Assembly: GCA_965250285.1 (NCBI GenBank)
Contig: OZ252299.1
Coordinates: 928,001-992,000 of the forward strand
Length of the DNA: 64,000 nt
Direction: 5' to 3'
DNA from: Myxococcota bacterium
GTDB taxonomy: Bacteria > Myxococcota_A > UBA9160 > UBA4427
The translations under genes were made by a program, and so were the position numbers. The notes under the pieces are model-generated. The model was not told the origin of the DNA. It made no database searches and was given only the letters and a program-made list of their open reading frames with translations. This document shows, piece by piece, positions 9,319 through 18,210 of this stretch. Position 1 is the first letter of the stretch. Each line of letters opens with the position of its first letter.

Positions 9319-10221
9319 ATGAGCGAGATCCGATTCGACGACCGCGTTGCGGTCATCACGGGCGCCGGCGGTGGCCTGGGCAAGACCTACGCCGTCGAGC
9401 TGGCCAAGCGCGGCGCGAAGGTCGTCGTGAACGACCTCGGCGGTGCGGCCGACGGCACCGGTGGCGGCAGCAGCATGGCCGACCAGTGCGTGAAGGAGAT
9501 CGAGGAGTCGGGCGGCACGGCCGTCGCGAACTACGACTCGGTGGCCACGCCCGAAGGCGGCGAGAGCATCATCCAGACCGCCGTCGACAACTTCGGCAAG
9601 GTCGACATCGTGATCAACAACGCAGGCATCCTGCGCGACAAGTCGTTCGTGAAGCTCGAGCCCGCGAACCTCGAGATCGTGCTCGACGTGCACCTGAAGG
9701 GTGCGTTCTTCGTGTCGCAGCCGGCGTTCCGCATCATGAAGGAGAACGGCTACGGCCGCTTCGTCTTCGCGGCTTCGGGCGCTGGCATCTTCGGCAACTT
9801 CGGCCAGTCGAACTACGGCGCCGCCAAGATGGGCCTCGTCGGTCTGTCGAACGTGCTCGCGGTCGAGGGCGCCAAGAACAACATCAAGAGCAACGTCATC
9901 GCGCCGATCGCGAAGACGCGACTCACCGAAGACCTGCTCGGCCCCGTCGCCGACAAGCTGCTGCCCGAGCACGTGACGCCGCTGGTGACCTACCTCAGCT
10001 CGGAGCAGTGCGAAGACACGCACTCGATCTATGACGTGGGCGGCGGCAAGTACTCGCGCATCTTCATCGGCCTCGTCGACGGCTGGACGAAGAAGGGTGA
10101 CCCGCCGACGGTCGAAGAGATCGCCTCGAACTGGGGTCAGATCAACGACGCGTCGAACTACACGATCCCCGCCAGCATCGCCGACGAGACGAAGGCCGTG
10201 CTGCAGGCGATCTCGGACTGA
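9319..10221 (+). CDS. SDR, MFE-2-type (3R)-hydroxyacyl-CoA dehydrogenase
   Basis: TGAGGGLG, VVNDLGG, NNAGILRD, GNFGQSNYGAAK. Confidence 0.9.
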   Translation: MSEIRFDDRVAVITGAGGGLGKTYAVELAKRGAKVVVNDLGGAADGTGGGSSMADQCVKEIEESGGTAVANYDSVATPEGGESIIQTAVDNFGKVDIVINNAGILRDKSFVKLEPANLEIVLDVHLKGAFFVSQPAFRIMKENGYGRFVFAASGAGIFGNFGQSNYGAAKMGLVGLSNVLAVEGAKNNIKSNVIAPIAKTRLTEDLLGPVADKLLPEHVTPLVTYLSSEQCEDTHSIYDVGGGKYSRIFIGLVDGWTKKGDPPTVEEIASNWGQINDASNYTIPASIADETKAVLQAISD

Positions 10222-10231
10222 GGAGAGCGGA

Positions 10232-11086
10232 ATGCCGATCGATCCCAGTCAGGCCCTCGGTGCGAGCCTCGGTGAAGGCGAGTACGCGTGGACCCAGGAT
10301 GACGTGATCCTGTACCACCTCGGCCTGAATGCCGGCGTGAACGCGACCGATCCCCAGGAGCTCGAGTACACCTACGAGAAGAACCTCAAGGTGCTGCCGA
10401 GCTTCGGTGTGATCCCGGTGTTCGGCGCGTTGGCCGGTCTCGGCCAGGTGCCCGGCATGGAGTTCAACTTCGCCATGCTGCTGCACGGCGAGCAGGACAT
10501 CACGCTGCACCAGCCGATCCCGACGAACGCCACGGTCGTCAACTCGGGTCAGGTCGCCGAGCTGTGGGACAAGGGGAAGGCATGCCTCGCCGTCCTCGAG
10601 TCGAACACCAAGCTCAAGGAGACGGGCGAGCCGCTCTTCACGAACCGGTTCTCGCTCTTCCTCCGCGGCGAGGGGGGCTTCGGCGGTGAGCCCGGCCCGA
10701 AGGCCGGCAACGAGGCCCCCGATCGCGCCCCCGACGGTGTGGTCGAGAGCCCCTCGCTGCCGCAGCAGGCGCTGATCTATCGCCTGTCGGGCGACAAGAA
10801 CCCGCTCCACGCCGACCCCGAGTTCGCCAAGATGGGCGGCTTCGACACGCCGATCATCCACGGGCTCTGCTCGTACGGCGTGGTCTGCAAGGCGGTGGTC
10901 GACGACGCACTCGGCGGCGACGTCACGAAGGTGGCCCGCTACCAGGCGCGCTTTGCGGGCGTGGGCTTCCCGGGCGAGACCTACGTGACCGAGTACTGGA
11001 ACGAGGGCGACAAGATCCTCATCCAGGCCAAGAGCAAGGAGCGCGACGCGAAGATCATCAGCAACGCTGCGATCACGCTGCGCTAG
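10232..11086 (+). CDS. MaoC-type (R)-enoyl-CoA hydratase 2 (MFE-2 hydratase domain)
   Basis: YRLSGDKNPLHADP hydratase-2 motif, LLHGEQ, IHGLC; ATG 10232 after SD AGGAG. Confidence 0.92.
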   Translation: MPIDPSQALGASLGEGEYAWTQDDVILYHLGLNAGVNATDPQELEYTYEKNLKVLPSFGVIPVFGALAGLGQVPGMEFNFAMLLHGEQDITLHQPIPTNATVVNSGQVAELWDKGKACLAVLESNTKLKETGEPLFTNRFSLFLRGEGGFGGEPGPKAGNEAPDRAPDGVVESPSLPQQALIYRLSGDKNPLHADPEFAKMGGFDTPIIHGLCSYGVVCKAVVDDALGGDVTKVARYQARFAGVGFPGETYVTEYWNEGDKILIQAKSKERDAKIISNAAITLR

Positions 11087-11122
11087 CGCGTTCGGCCCGG
11101 AAGGGCCGAGGGTGTTGCACCT

Positions 11123-11160
11123 TCGAGGGGAGTCCCGATGCGGGCTCCCCTCGATTCGTT
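11123..11160 (+). terminator. Intrinsic terminator-like hairpin between convergent genes
   Basis: tcgaggggag-t-cccg-atg-cggg-ctcccctcga followed by ttcgtt. Confidence 0.6.
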
Positions 11161-11172
11161 CCGGGTGTCGGA

Positions 11173-13641
11173 TCAGCGCGAGAGGATCGCGCGCTCGCCA
11201 CTCACGAGGTCCATCACCTGGAGGGTCTCGGCGCCGAGGAAGACGCGACTTCGCTCGTGGTCGAAGACCAGCTCGGGGTAGACACGCCGGCCCGGTGGGT
11301 CGGGCCCGCCGAGCGCGCGGAGATCGGGTTCGGCTTCCTGATCCGGGGTGTCGTCTGCGACGATCAACACGCGGTCGCCCGTCGTGAGGTCGATGTGGAG
11401 CCGGTCCGGCTCGCGCCCCGGGATCTCGATCAGCTGTCCGGTCGTGTCTTCGTACTCGACCGTGAACGCTCGATCGCCCAGTGTCACGATGGCCTGGCCC
11501 GCGGCCTCGACGAGCGCGAGTGATGTGGGATTCGAGATTGCCGGGCCGGTGCCGATGCCTTCGCCCGACAGCACGACGAACTCGCCCGAGTCGACGTCGA
11601 TCGAGATCAACCATTCGTTCTCGGAGTCGATCGCGAGCAGACGAGTCGAAGCGTCGTTCAGGACGGCGTCTCGAATGCGGACTTTCGTCGGCGGCATCGC
11701 GTTGTCATCGACGACCAGCGTCCGTTCTCCCGTGACCGGATCGACTCGGATCAACCGCACATCGTCGGAGAAGCGCTCGGTTGCCACGATGACTTCGAAC
11801 TCGGGATCCGTGAAGACGCGGTCGAGGTGGTCGATCGAGACCGGGCTCGTATCCGCTCCCGAGAGCACTCGCCTGTCTCCGTCCTCGGTCGAGACGATCA
11901 TCAACGCTGTCGGTGGATCGGTGCCAAGCAGGATCTGGTCACCCGAAGCCGACAGACTGAGCACGCTCGGGGCGAGACCGCGCCGCGGTCTCAGGTAGTC
12001 CGGCCCGCTTCCAACCGCGGAGGGCGCGAGATCGGTGCGATCACCCGTGTCGGGATCGATCGCGACCAGCGAACCCCGGCCCCGCTCGGTCGCGATCAAG
12101 CGTTCGCTGACCGGGTCGTAGTGCAGGCCGTAGGGCTCCCCGAGAAACGGTCTCCCCCCTCCGACGACGACCCCGTCGGGATGAGTCCCGCTGACGAAGT
12201 CCTGACTTCCCATCGTGAAGTCGACCGGTTCATCGCGGTCGAGGTCGACGAGGACGATCCCGCTCGGAGACGTGAACCAGGCGCGCTCGCTCGAGAGATC
12301 TGCGCCGAAGCCATGAGACGTGGGCAGCTCGACGCGTGGCGTTGCGAACTTCTGGTAGAGGAGCGTCTCTTCGCCGGTGCTGAGGTCGACGGCCAAGACG
12401 CCGGGATTTCCCCAACTTCCCGGATGAATCAGCGCGCGGTCGTTGGCTTCATCGACGATGACGTTTCCGTAGAAATTGAAGAACGAATCGGGGTTCGGGT
12501 TGCCCTTGATCGTACGGATCTCGCCCGTCTCGAGGTCGAGCTCGAAGAGCCCTCGGGTATCTGAAACGATGATCGCGTGACGACCGTCCGCGCGGATCGC
12601 GATGCTGTCGGGTGAGAACAGGGTGTCCCCGTAATCCTCGAAGGCCATGCGCCAGAGGATCGTGCGGTCGCCGGTCTCGACGTCGATCTCGACGATCCCC
12701 ACGCCGCCGTAGGTCATCAGCACGCGTGAATGCGTGGCATCGTACACAGGGGAGGCGCCGAGAAGCGAAGCTCTGGACACCCGGGGCATCGGTCCCGAGC
12801 CGCGGTTCTGGCTCGACACGATGCGAGCCGCCCCCGAGTCGACGTCGATTTCGACGAGCGCTTCGAGGTCGAGGTCGTACACGAATGCGCGTCGACCCGG
12901 TGCGTCGAGCGCGAAGCGTCCGGGGCTGAGCAGAGAGATCGTGTTCTCGAAGACGAGTTCGCGGGTCGCCACACCGACCGTATTGCGCGATGCGAGCTCG
13001 ATGCGCACTCGGTTCTCGCCCTGCTCGGTGGTCACCACCGCGGACCATCGCGGCGCGTCGCCCTCCGAGATCGTCGCGGCCACTCCGGCCACGCTCAGGC
13101 GAGCGACGTCGTCGGCCAGCACGACCCCATCCTCGCGGTCGTGCAGGAGCCCCGCGATGGTCGTCGTCGCAGGCCCCCCGATCAGGTTCGCCCCGCTCGT
13201 CGGATAGGTCACCTCGGCTTCGAGCTGGCTCACGTCGGCCACGCGCACTTCGAATCGCACGGACTCGCCTGCGAGCGCGTACGTCGGCGCGACGACCTGC
13301 AGCTCGTAGCGGTTGTCTGCGTTCGAATCAGCGGGCGATTCAAAGTCGGGCGCAGCGCTGAACGCGAGTGCCCCGGTCGTGCCGTCGACGACGAAGTGCC
13401 CGGCGTCGGCGCCGCCGACGATGCGTTCGATCAAGACCGGCGGGGCCTGATGGCGTGCGTCGAAGGTACCCGCTTCGAGCACCGCCGTTTCGTTCTCGGG
13501 GACGACGAAACGGAGTGTCGACCGGGCCGATGGATCGAAGAGGTCACACCCGCCGAGCAATAGGACCAGCGCCGCCGCGCAGAATACGCGGGCTGAGAGC
13601 GCCGCGCGCGTGCAGATGCGGTCGTTCAGGGCATCGGACAC
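11173..13641 (-). CDS. Large lipoprotein with cadherin-like domain and beta-propeller repeats
   Basis: Lipobox LGGC; cadherin-like VPENET...GGADAGHF...PDFESPADSNADNRYEL; repeated DxxTGDR/GSGP blades; GTG 13641 after SD GAGGAG. Confidence 0.75.
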   Translation of the reverse strand: MSDALNDRICTRAALSARVFCAAALVLLLGGCDLFDPSARSTLRFVVPENETAVLEAGTFDARHQAPPVLIERIVGGADAGHFVVDGTTGALAFSAAPDFESPADSNADNRYELQVVAPTYALAGESVRFEVRVADVSQLEAEVTYPTSGANLIGGPATTTIAGLLHDREDGVVLADDVARLSVAGVAATISEGDAPRWSAVVTTEQGENRVRIELASRNTVGVATRELVFENTISLLSPGRFALDAPGRRAFVYDLDLEALVEIDVDSGAARIVSSQNRGSGPMPRVSRASLLGASPVYDATHSRVLMTYGGVGIVEIDVETGDRTILWRMAFEDYGDTLFSPDSIAIRADGRHAIIVSDTRGLFELDLETGEIRTIKGNPNPDSFFNFYGNVIVDEANDRALIHPGSWGNPGVLAVDLSTGEETLLYQKFATPRVELPTSHGFGADLSSERAWFTSPSGIVLVDLDRDEPVDFTMGSQDFVSGTHPDGVVVGGGRPFLGEPYGLHYDPVSERLIATERGRGSLVAIDPDTGDRTDLAPSAVGSGPDYLRPRRGLAPSVLSLSASGDQILLGTDPPTALMIVSTEDGDRRVLSGADTSPVSIDHLDRVFTDPEFEVIVATERFSDDVRLIRVDPVTGERTLVVDDNAMPPTKVRIRDAVLNDASTRLLAIDSENEWLISIDVDSGEFVVLSGEGIGTGPAISNPTSLALVEAAGQAIVTLGDRAFTVEYEDTTGQLIEIPGREPDRLHIDLTTGDRVLIVADDTPDQEAEPDLRALGGPDPPGRRVYPELVFDHERSRVFLGAETLQVMDLVSGERAILSR

Positions 13642-13671
13642 GATCCGTCTCCTCGACCCCTCCAAGGACAA

Positions 13672-13698
13672 AGATCGGCACCCGGCGACGGAACTTGA
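13672..13698 (-). promoter_or_regulatory. sigma28-like promoter TCAAG-N14-GCCGATCT
   Basis: Minus strand tcaag-ttccgtcgccgggt-gccgatct, 30 nt upstream of the 13641 start. Confidence 0.55.
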
Positions 13699-13728
13699 CT
13701 CGGGAGATGACGTGTTTCGTCGCTCGCG

Positions 13729-13744
13729 CGTGACGGGTGTCACA
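13729..13744. promoter_or_regulatory. CRP/FNR-family-like palindrome CGTGA-N6-TCACA
   Basis: 9/10 match to TGTGA-N6-TCACA, about 30 nt upstream of the sigma28-like -35 element. Confidence 0.35.
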
Positions 13745-13763
13745 CAGATGCGACGCGCTGCAC

Positions 13764-14249
13764 TCAGCCTGCGTCTTGCGCGATCAGCTCTTCGAGTGCG
13801 GGCCAGTCGACGGCCGACTGGGCGGCGAACGCGCGCAGCAGCAGCAGGCGATCGGGATCGTCATCTTTCTCGCGCAGCGCGGCGACGTGCTTCGCGACAT
13901 CGGCCGGATCGGGCTGGGGCAGGGTTTCCGCCTGCAGCACGCCGTCTTCGTGCTCGATGCCGACCAGGTCGAGCCACTCGGTCAGCAGCTCGGTGCGGCA
14001 TTCGAGGAAGTAGACGGCGAGGATCTCTTCGGCGAGCGTGCTCGCGTTGACGCGCGCCAGCGTGCGGCGCACCGACTGAGCCTGCTTCGGCCGCGGCTGC
14101 TTCATCACGTACTGGGGTCGCGCCTTCATGTTGGCGGCAGCGGCGTGCACGCACTGCACCCACATGCCCGGGGTCTTCTCGGCGAGTCCCTCGAAGAACG
14201 TCTCGGCGTGCTCGGGCTGCATGGCGGCGAAGATCTGATGCGGGCGCAT
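13764..14249 (-). CDS. Hypothetical cytoplasmic protein
   Basis: Host-like codon usage, SD GAGGA, globular helical sequence (WLDLVGIEHEDG); no family recognised. Confidence 0.75.
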   Translation of the reverse strand: MRPHQIFAAMQPEHAETFFEGLAEKTPGMWVQCVHAAAANMKARPQYVMKQPRPKQAQSVRRTLARVNASTLAEEILAVYFLECRTELLTEWLDLVGIEHEDGVLQAETLPQPDPADVAKHVAALREKDDDPDRLLLLRAFAAQSAVDWPALEELIAQDAG

Positions 14250-14315
14250 GGGGTCCTCGGGGTGACGGGCGGTGCGACGTGGAGGTGGGGAATAGCACCT
14301 GGTCGCGGCGCGCGC

Positions 14316-15254
14316 TCAGCTTCGCGCGAACGGACCCGGGCGCCAGAGATCGTGCAGGGTGAGCCCCAGCACGAGGCAGAGCCCCGCTGCGAGCGCCGAG
14401 TGCGTGCCCGTGACCTCGACGGGCAGACGCAGCAGCACGTTGGCGACGCCGACCACGATCTGCGCGAGGCCGAGGCCCATCGCGATCGCGAGCATGCGCC
14501 GCGCGGCGACGGCGCCGCTCGCGTGGGCGAGCCAGAGCGACGCGGCGATGCCGAAGATCAACAGATACGCGTTCAGGCGGTGAAGAATCTGCAGACCGAC
14601 GGGCCCCCGAAACGTGGGGAACCAGGCCTGACCATCGCAGGCCGGCCAGTCGGGGCAGACGAGGCCCGAATAGGTCGACGACACGAGACCGCCGAGCGCG
14701 ATCTGCAGCACGAGCACCCCGCCGGTCGCCGTCGCCACAGCGCGCAGGGCGCCGGCCGTGCGCGGAGCCGCCGCGTCGCGCAGCAGGCGGTGGGCGATCA
14801 CGGCGACCGAGAGGGCGAACGCATTGCCCGTGATCAGGTGCGAGGTCACCGTCCACGAGGCGAGCAGCTCGAGCACGGTCAGGCCGCCCAGCACGATCTG
14901 CACGGCCAGCACGACGCCCGCCACGATCACCCAGGTGCCGACGCGGGCCCGAGCCGTGGGGTTTCGGAACGCGGCGATGGCACCGCCGAGGAAGCCCAGG
15001 CTCACCAGGCCGGCGAGCACGCGGTGGCCGAACTCGAAGCCGACCTGCACGTCGATCTCGGGCACGAACTCGCCGAAGCAGAGCGGCCAGTCGGGGCAGG
15101 CCAGGCCGGCATGGTTCGCGCGCACCAGCGCACCGAGCACCACGAGGGCGTAGGTGACCGCGGCCAGGCCGGCAAAGTGCAGGCCCAGACGCCGCAGGGC
15201 CGGATCGGCGGCCTCAGCGTGAAGAACGTCGGCATGCAGTGCGGTGCTGCTCAA
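14316..15254 (-). CDS. ctaA: Heme A synthase COX15/CtaA
   Basis: GLACPDWPLC, EFGHR, second CPDWPAC, HRLNAY, H-S-A-L-A; about 8 TM helices; TTG 15254 after GGAGG. Confidence 0.9.
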   Translation of the reverse strand: MSSTALHADVLHAEAADPALRRLGLHFAGLAAVTYALVVLGALVRANHAGLACPDWPLCFGEFVPEIDVQVGFEFGHRVLAGLVSLGFLGGAIAAFRNPTARARVGTWVIVAGVVLAVQIVLGGLTVLELLASWTVTSHLITGNAFALSVAVIAHRLLRDAAAPRTAGALRAVATATGGVLVLQIALGGLVSSTYSGLVCPDWPACDGQAWFPTFRGPVGLQILHRLNAYLLIFGIAASLWLAHASGAVAARRMLAIAMGLGLAQIVVGVANVLLRLPVEVTGTHSALAAGLCLVLGLTLHDLWRPGPFARS

Positions 15255-15409
15255 GGCGCCTCCGGCGGGCACGACGGCGTGGCGGCTCGCCGCGGGAACC
15301 GCCGAAGTGCGCGAAAGCACAGGGAAAGCGGGCGGCAGCTCCGATGCGGAGAGTAGCGAAGGGGCATGGGGCCTCCCTGCACCCGGCCGTTGCGGGTGGA
15401 CCGCCCCCT

Positions 15410-15437
15410 TCAAGATCGGCCTCCAATGAGCCGAAAA
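15410..15437 (+). promoter_or_regulatory. sigma28-like promoter TCAAG-N15-GCCGAAAA
   Basis: Directly upstream of the 15448 ORF. Confidence 0.55.
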
Positions 15438-15447
15438 GACGGGTGTT

Positions 15448-15867
15448 ATGGTTGAAACTTCGATGTCTGGAAAGCTGAACGACGACCCCCGCAAGCTCAC
15501 CGCGATGATCGCGCGCGTGGGCGATCTCGCCGAGAGCCACGACGTGGGCTCGGTGGTGGTGGGCCTGGCGGCCGAGCAGGGCGACGGTCGCTTCCCCGAG
15601 TACGTCGACTTCCTGCAGGGGTCGCTGCGCGTCGAGGACGCGATCTTCCGCATGACGCGCGAGCGCGCGGTGATCCACCTCGCCGACTGCACCCAGGCAC
15701 AGGCCGAAAAGATCCTGGCCCGGCTCGAGGGTCAGTTCACGAGCGAGTTCCCCAGCCTGTCGCAGCTCGAGTTCGTGCTGAACACGTTCGAGGTCAAGGC
15801 GGGCGCCGAGCGCCCCCGCGTCAAGGACGTGCTGACCGAGATCTTCAAGCCGCGCGTCCTGCACTGA
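15448..15867 (+). CDS. Small protein resembling a degenerate GGDEF/nucleotide-cyclase fold
   Basis: LRVEDAIFRMTRERAVIHLADC...AEKILARL parallels the GGDEF core LRxxDxxxRxGGDEFxxxL, with GGDEF replaced by TRERA; start could be ATG 15463. Confidence 0.65.
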   Translation: MVETSMSGKLNDDPRKLTAMIARVGDLAESHDVGSVVVGLAAEQGDGRFPEYVDFLQGSLRVEDAIFRMTRERAVIHLADCTQAQAEKILARLEGQFTSEFPSLSQLEFVLNTFEVKAGAERPRVKDVLTEIFKPRVLH

Positions 15868-16032
15868 GGCGCGCCGGCTCGGCGGAGGCGGGCGCCTGGC
15901 CGCACGCGATGACGCCCACTCCGCAAATCCGCAAACTTGAATTGGAGACGCATCAGTTCCGTCGGACCGTTTGGTCCGTCGCAACCGTACCGTTTCCACT
16001 CGGTCGTCCAGCGCGAAGCGCGCCGGGCGCGC

Positions 16033-16794
16033 TCAGCCTGCGCACTCCACGCCAGGCGAGCTGTAGAGCAGCTGCCCGCGTGAGCCGTACACGCAGCCGA
16101 CGCGCTGCTCGCGGTCACTGCGCGCACGGACCGTCGACTCGGTCGAGAAGTGACGCGACGGTCCGCTCACGCGGATCGCCGCACACGATCGGCCTTCGGG
16201 CTCGTGCAGCAGCCGACCGCGTGCGTTGTAGACGCACGCGGGCTCGGGCTCGGCCCGCTTCAGGCGGGCGGTCGGCTCGCCGTCGGCGTCGTCTGCGCCC
16301 GCGGGAGGCGCGATCGAGGCCGGCGCCGAGACGGGCGGGGTGCCGTCGGGCACGGTCACGGCCTCTTCTTCGAGGATGCGCGCATCGAGCGTGCGCGAGA
16401 CCTGCCCCATCGAGTTGCGCGACACGACGTCGAGCTTCTGGCGCAGCTGAGCCTCGAGGGCGCGGTGGGCCTCGAGCTCGGCGGGATCGGTGGTGGCTTC
16501 GGCCGGAGCCGTGACGGTCGCCTTGGCCGCACGGGCAGGCGGCAACGCCTTCGCGGCCTGCGCCTCCTGCGCATGCAGGCGCGCGACGTCTTCGTTCGAG
16601 AGCATGATCGGGCCCTCGTCATCGCCGGCCAGCGCGGGCGCGGCGGCGGCGAGCGAGAGCAGGGTGCCCGTCGCGAGGGCGACGAGCGGGTTCAGCCAGG
16701 CGGCAGGAGCGGTCGAGCGAGTGCTGGCCCCGAAGCGGCGTCCAGGGCTCAGAGGCTCCCGGCGCCGACCGGTATCGGGTCGAGCGAACGACAT
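16033..16794 (-). CDS. Secreted hypothetical protein with two Cys-bounded repeats
   Basis: Signal peptide (LLSLAAAAPALA), Ala/Pro linkers, repeats CVYNARGRLLHEPEGRSC and CVYGSRGQLLYSSPGVEC. Confidence 0.7.
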   Translation of the reverse strand: MSFARPDTGRRREPLSPGRRFGASTRSTAPAAWLNPLVALATGTLLSLAAAAPALAGDDEGPIMLSNEDVARLHAQEAQAAKALPPARAAKATVTAPAEATTDPAELEAHRALEAQLRQKLDVVSRNSMGQVSRTLDARILEEEAVTVPDGTPPVSAPASIAPPAGADDADGEPTARLKRAEPEPACVYNARGRLLHEPEGRSCAAIRVSGPSRHFSTESTVRARSDREQRVGCVYGSRGQLLYSSPGVECAG

Positions 16795-16827
16795 GAGGAT
16801 GTTCCCTTCGATTTAGGGCGCACCCCC

Positions 16828-16854
16828 CTATCGGCCGCTCGCCGAGAAAGGTGA
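16828..16854 (-). promoter_or_regulatory. sigma28-like promoter TCACC-N14-GCCGATAG
   Basis: Strong -10, variant -35; 33 nt upstream of the 16794 start. Confidence 0.45.
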
Positions 16855-16860
16855 GAGGGA

Positions 16861-16877
16861 TCTGACTCTTTGTCAGA
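16861..16877. promoter_or_regulatory. Palindromic operator TCTGAC-N5-GTCAGA (copy 1)
   Basis: tctgac-tcttt-gtcaga; the same motif with the same flanks occurs at 56792-56808. Confidence 0.6.
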
Positions 16878-16965
16878 AATGACACGAAAGGCTGCACTTT
16901 CGCGTGTCGCGCGCGGCCGAGCTGCGCGGCCCGTGGCCGGCTCGGGGGTCGCGGGGCTGGCCGGC

Positions 16966-18036
16966 TCAGCCGCGGCCCCACTCGACCGCCTGCCCGTGGT
17001 AGCGGCTGCGGCCGAGCAGCAGGTCTTCGCCGCTGGGCCACAGCTGCAGGCGCAGCTGCGCCCAGTCGAGGTCGTGCCCTTCCATGCGCAGCCAGGCGAG
17101 CGGAAGGTCTTCGGTGGCCTCGGCGCCCACCGTCTCCATCAGTCGGGTCACGGCGTCGCGCTCGGCCTCGGGCAGATACCACCAGACCGTCGAATGGAAG
17201 ACGACGTGGGCGAGGCCCACGGCACGGTTCGGTAGCCGCGCTTCGAGCCAGTGCAGCGCCCGCGCCCGGTCGATCTGCGTACCGTGTCGGCGCGCGACGG
17301 CGATGGCCGTGCGCAGCCGTTCGAGGCGCTCGGGCTGGTCGCCCCACATGAAGCTCTCGAGCCGGGCCCGCGCGCGGTCGTCTTCGAGATCGATCGGCGC
17401 CACGTCGCAGCCCCCGCGCTCTGCGACTTCGAGCGTGGCATCGGTCGCCGGTGCATCGCCGTGCCACTCGGTCGAGAGGGTGAGCGGCGCATCGGATGGA
17501 CCGAAGCGGTGCGGACCCAGCTCGTAGCGATGCCGATCGAAGTGCTGATTCAGCCCGGCGCTGGCGCCGATCTCGTGCAGGGCCAGGGGCAGGCCGAATC
17601 GGTCGGCCACGGCGAGGAAGCCGCCGATGAGCGCCACGCAGCGGCGCGCTTCGTTCGTCTGCACCTGGTCGTCGAGTCGCGTGCGCACCGTGGCCCCGTG
17701 TGCTTCGAGCGTGTCGACCAGATCGCGTTCGAGCGTCGCCTCGTCGGGCGACCCGCCGGCCGTGGGGTAGTGGCGCGCGAGGCCCGGCGCCGATCCTTCG
17801 AGCACGAGGCCGTGCAGCGCGCCGAGCAGCCGCATCGACACCGCGAGCATGTGCGGGTGGCCCTCCCAGTCGGCGAAGATCGCCGCAGTGGGGCCGTCGG
17901 CTTCGAGATCGCGCAGCGCGCGGGTGAGAATGGCGGCGCCGAGCGGCGAGCCCTGCTCGGCGCACGATCGCGCCTGCGCATCCAGGTGGTGGGCGATCGC
18001 AGCCGCCCTGTCTCCGTCGATTCGGGTCTTTGTCAT
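16966..18036 (-). CDS. DUF2332 family protein
   Basis: VQTNEARR, EIGASAGLN, GCDVAPID, VFHSTVWWYL, WLRME motifs. Confidence 0.85.
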   Translation of the reverse strand: MTKTRIDGDRAAAIAHHLDAQARSCAEQGSPLGAAILTRALRDLEADGPTAAIFADWEGHPHMLAVSMRLLGALHGLVLEGSAPGLARHYPTAGGSPDEATLERDLVDTLEAHGATVRTRLDDQVQTNEARRCVALIGGFLAVADRFGLPLALHEIGASAGLNQHFDRHRYELGPHRFGPSDAPLTLSTEWHGDAPATDATLEVAERGGCDVAPIDLEDDRARARLESFMWGDQPERLERLRTAIAVARRHGTQIDRARALHWLEARLPNRAVGLAHVVFHSTVWWYLPEAERDAVTRLMETVGAEATEDLPLAWLRMEGHDLDWAQLRLQLWPSGEDLLLGRSRYHGQAVEWGRG

Positions 18037-18210
18037 GCCGGCACCCTACACGCGAGCCCGTGGGCGCCGATAGTGGACGGCTGCGAAATCGCATCCAGCT
18101 TCGATGTGGATCGCGATCAACGATGCATCGCGTCGCCATGCTGAGACGCGACACGGGGCGGCCGGAATCGGACGGTCTTCGAGCCGCGTGCGGCGCCGAT
18201 GTCGATCGAA

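Noticed and set aside
15940..16005. Hammerhead-like order on the minus strand (GAAAC...GTT...hairpin...CTGATG)
   Set aside because: The core reads CTGATGC rather than CTGATGA, stem III is only 2-3 bp, and stem I does not abut the core.
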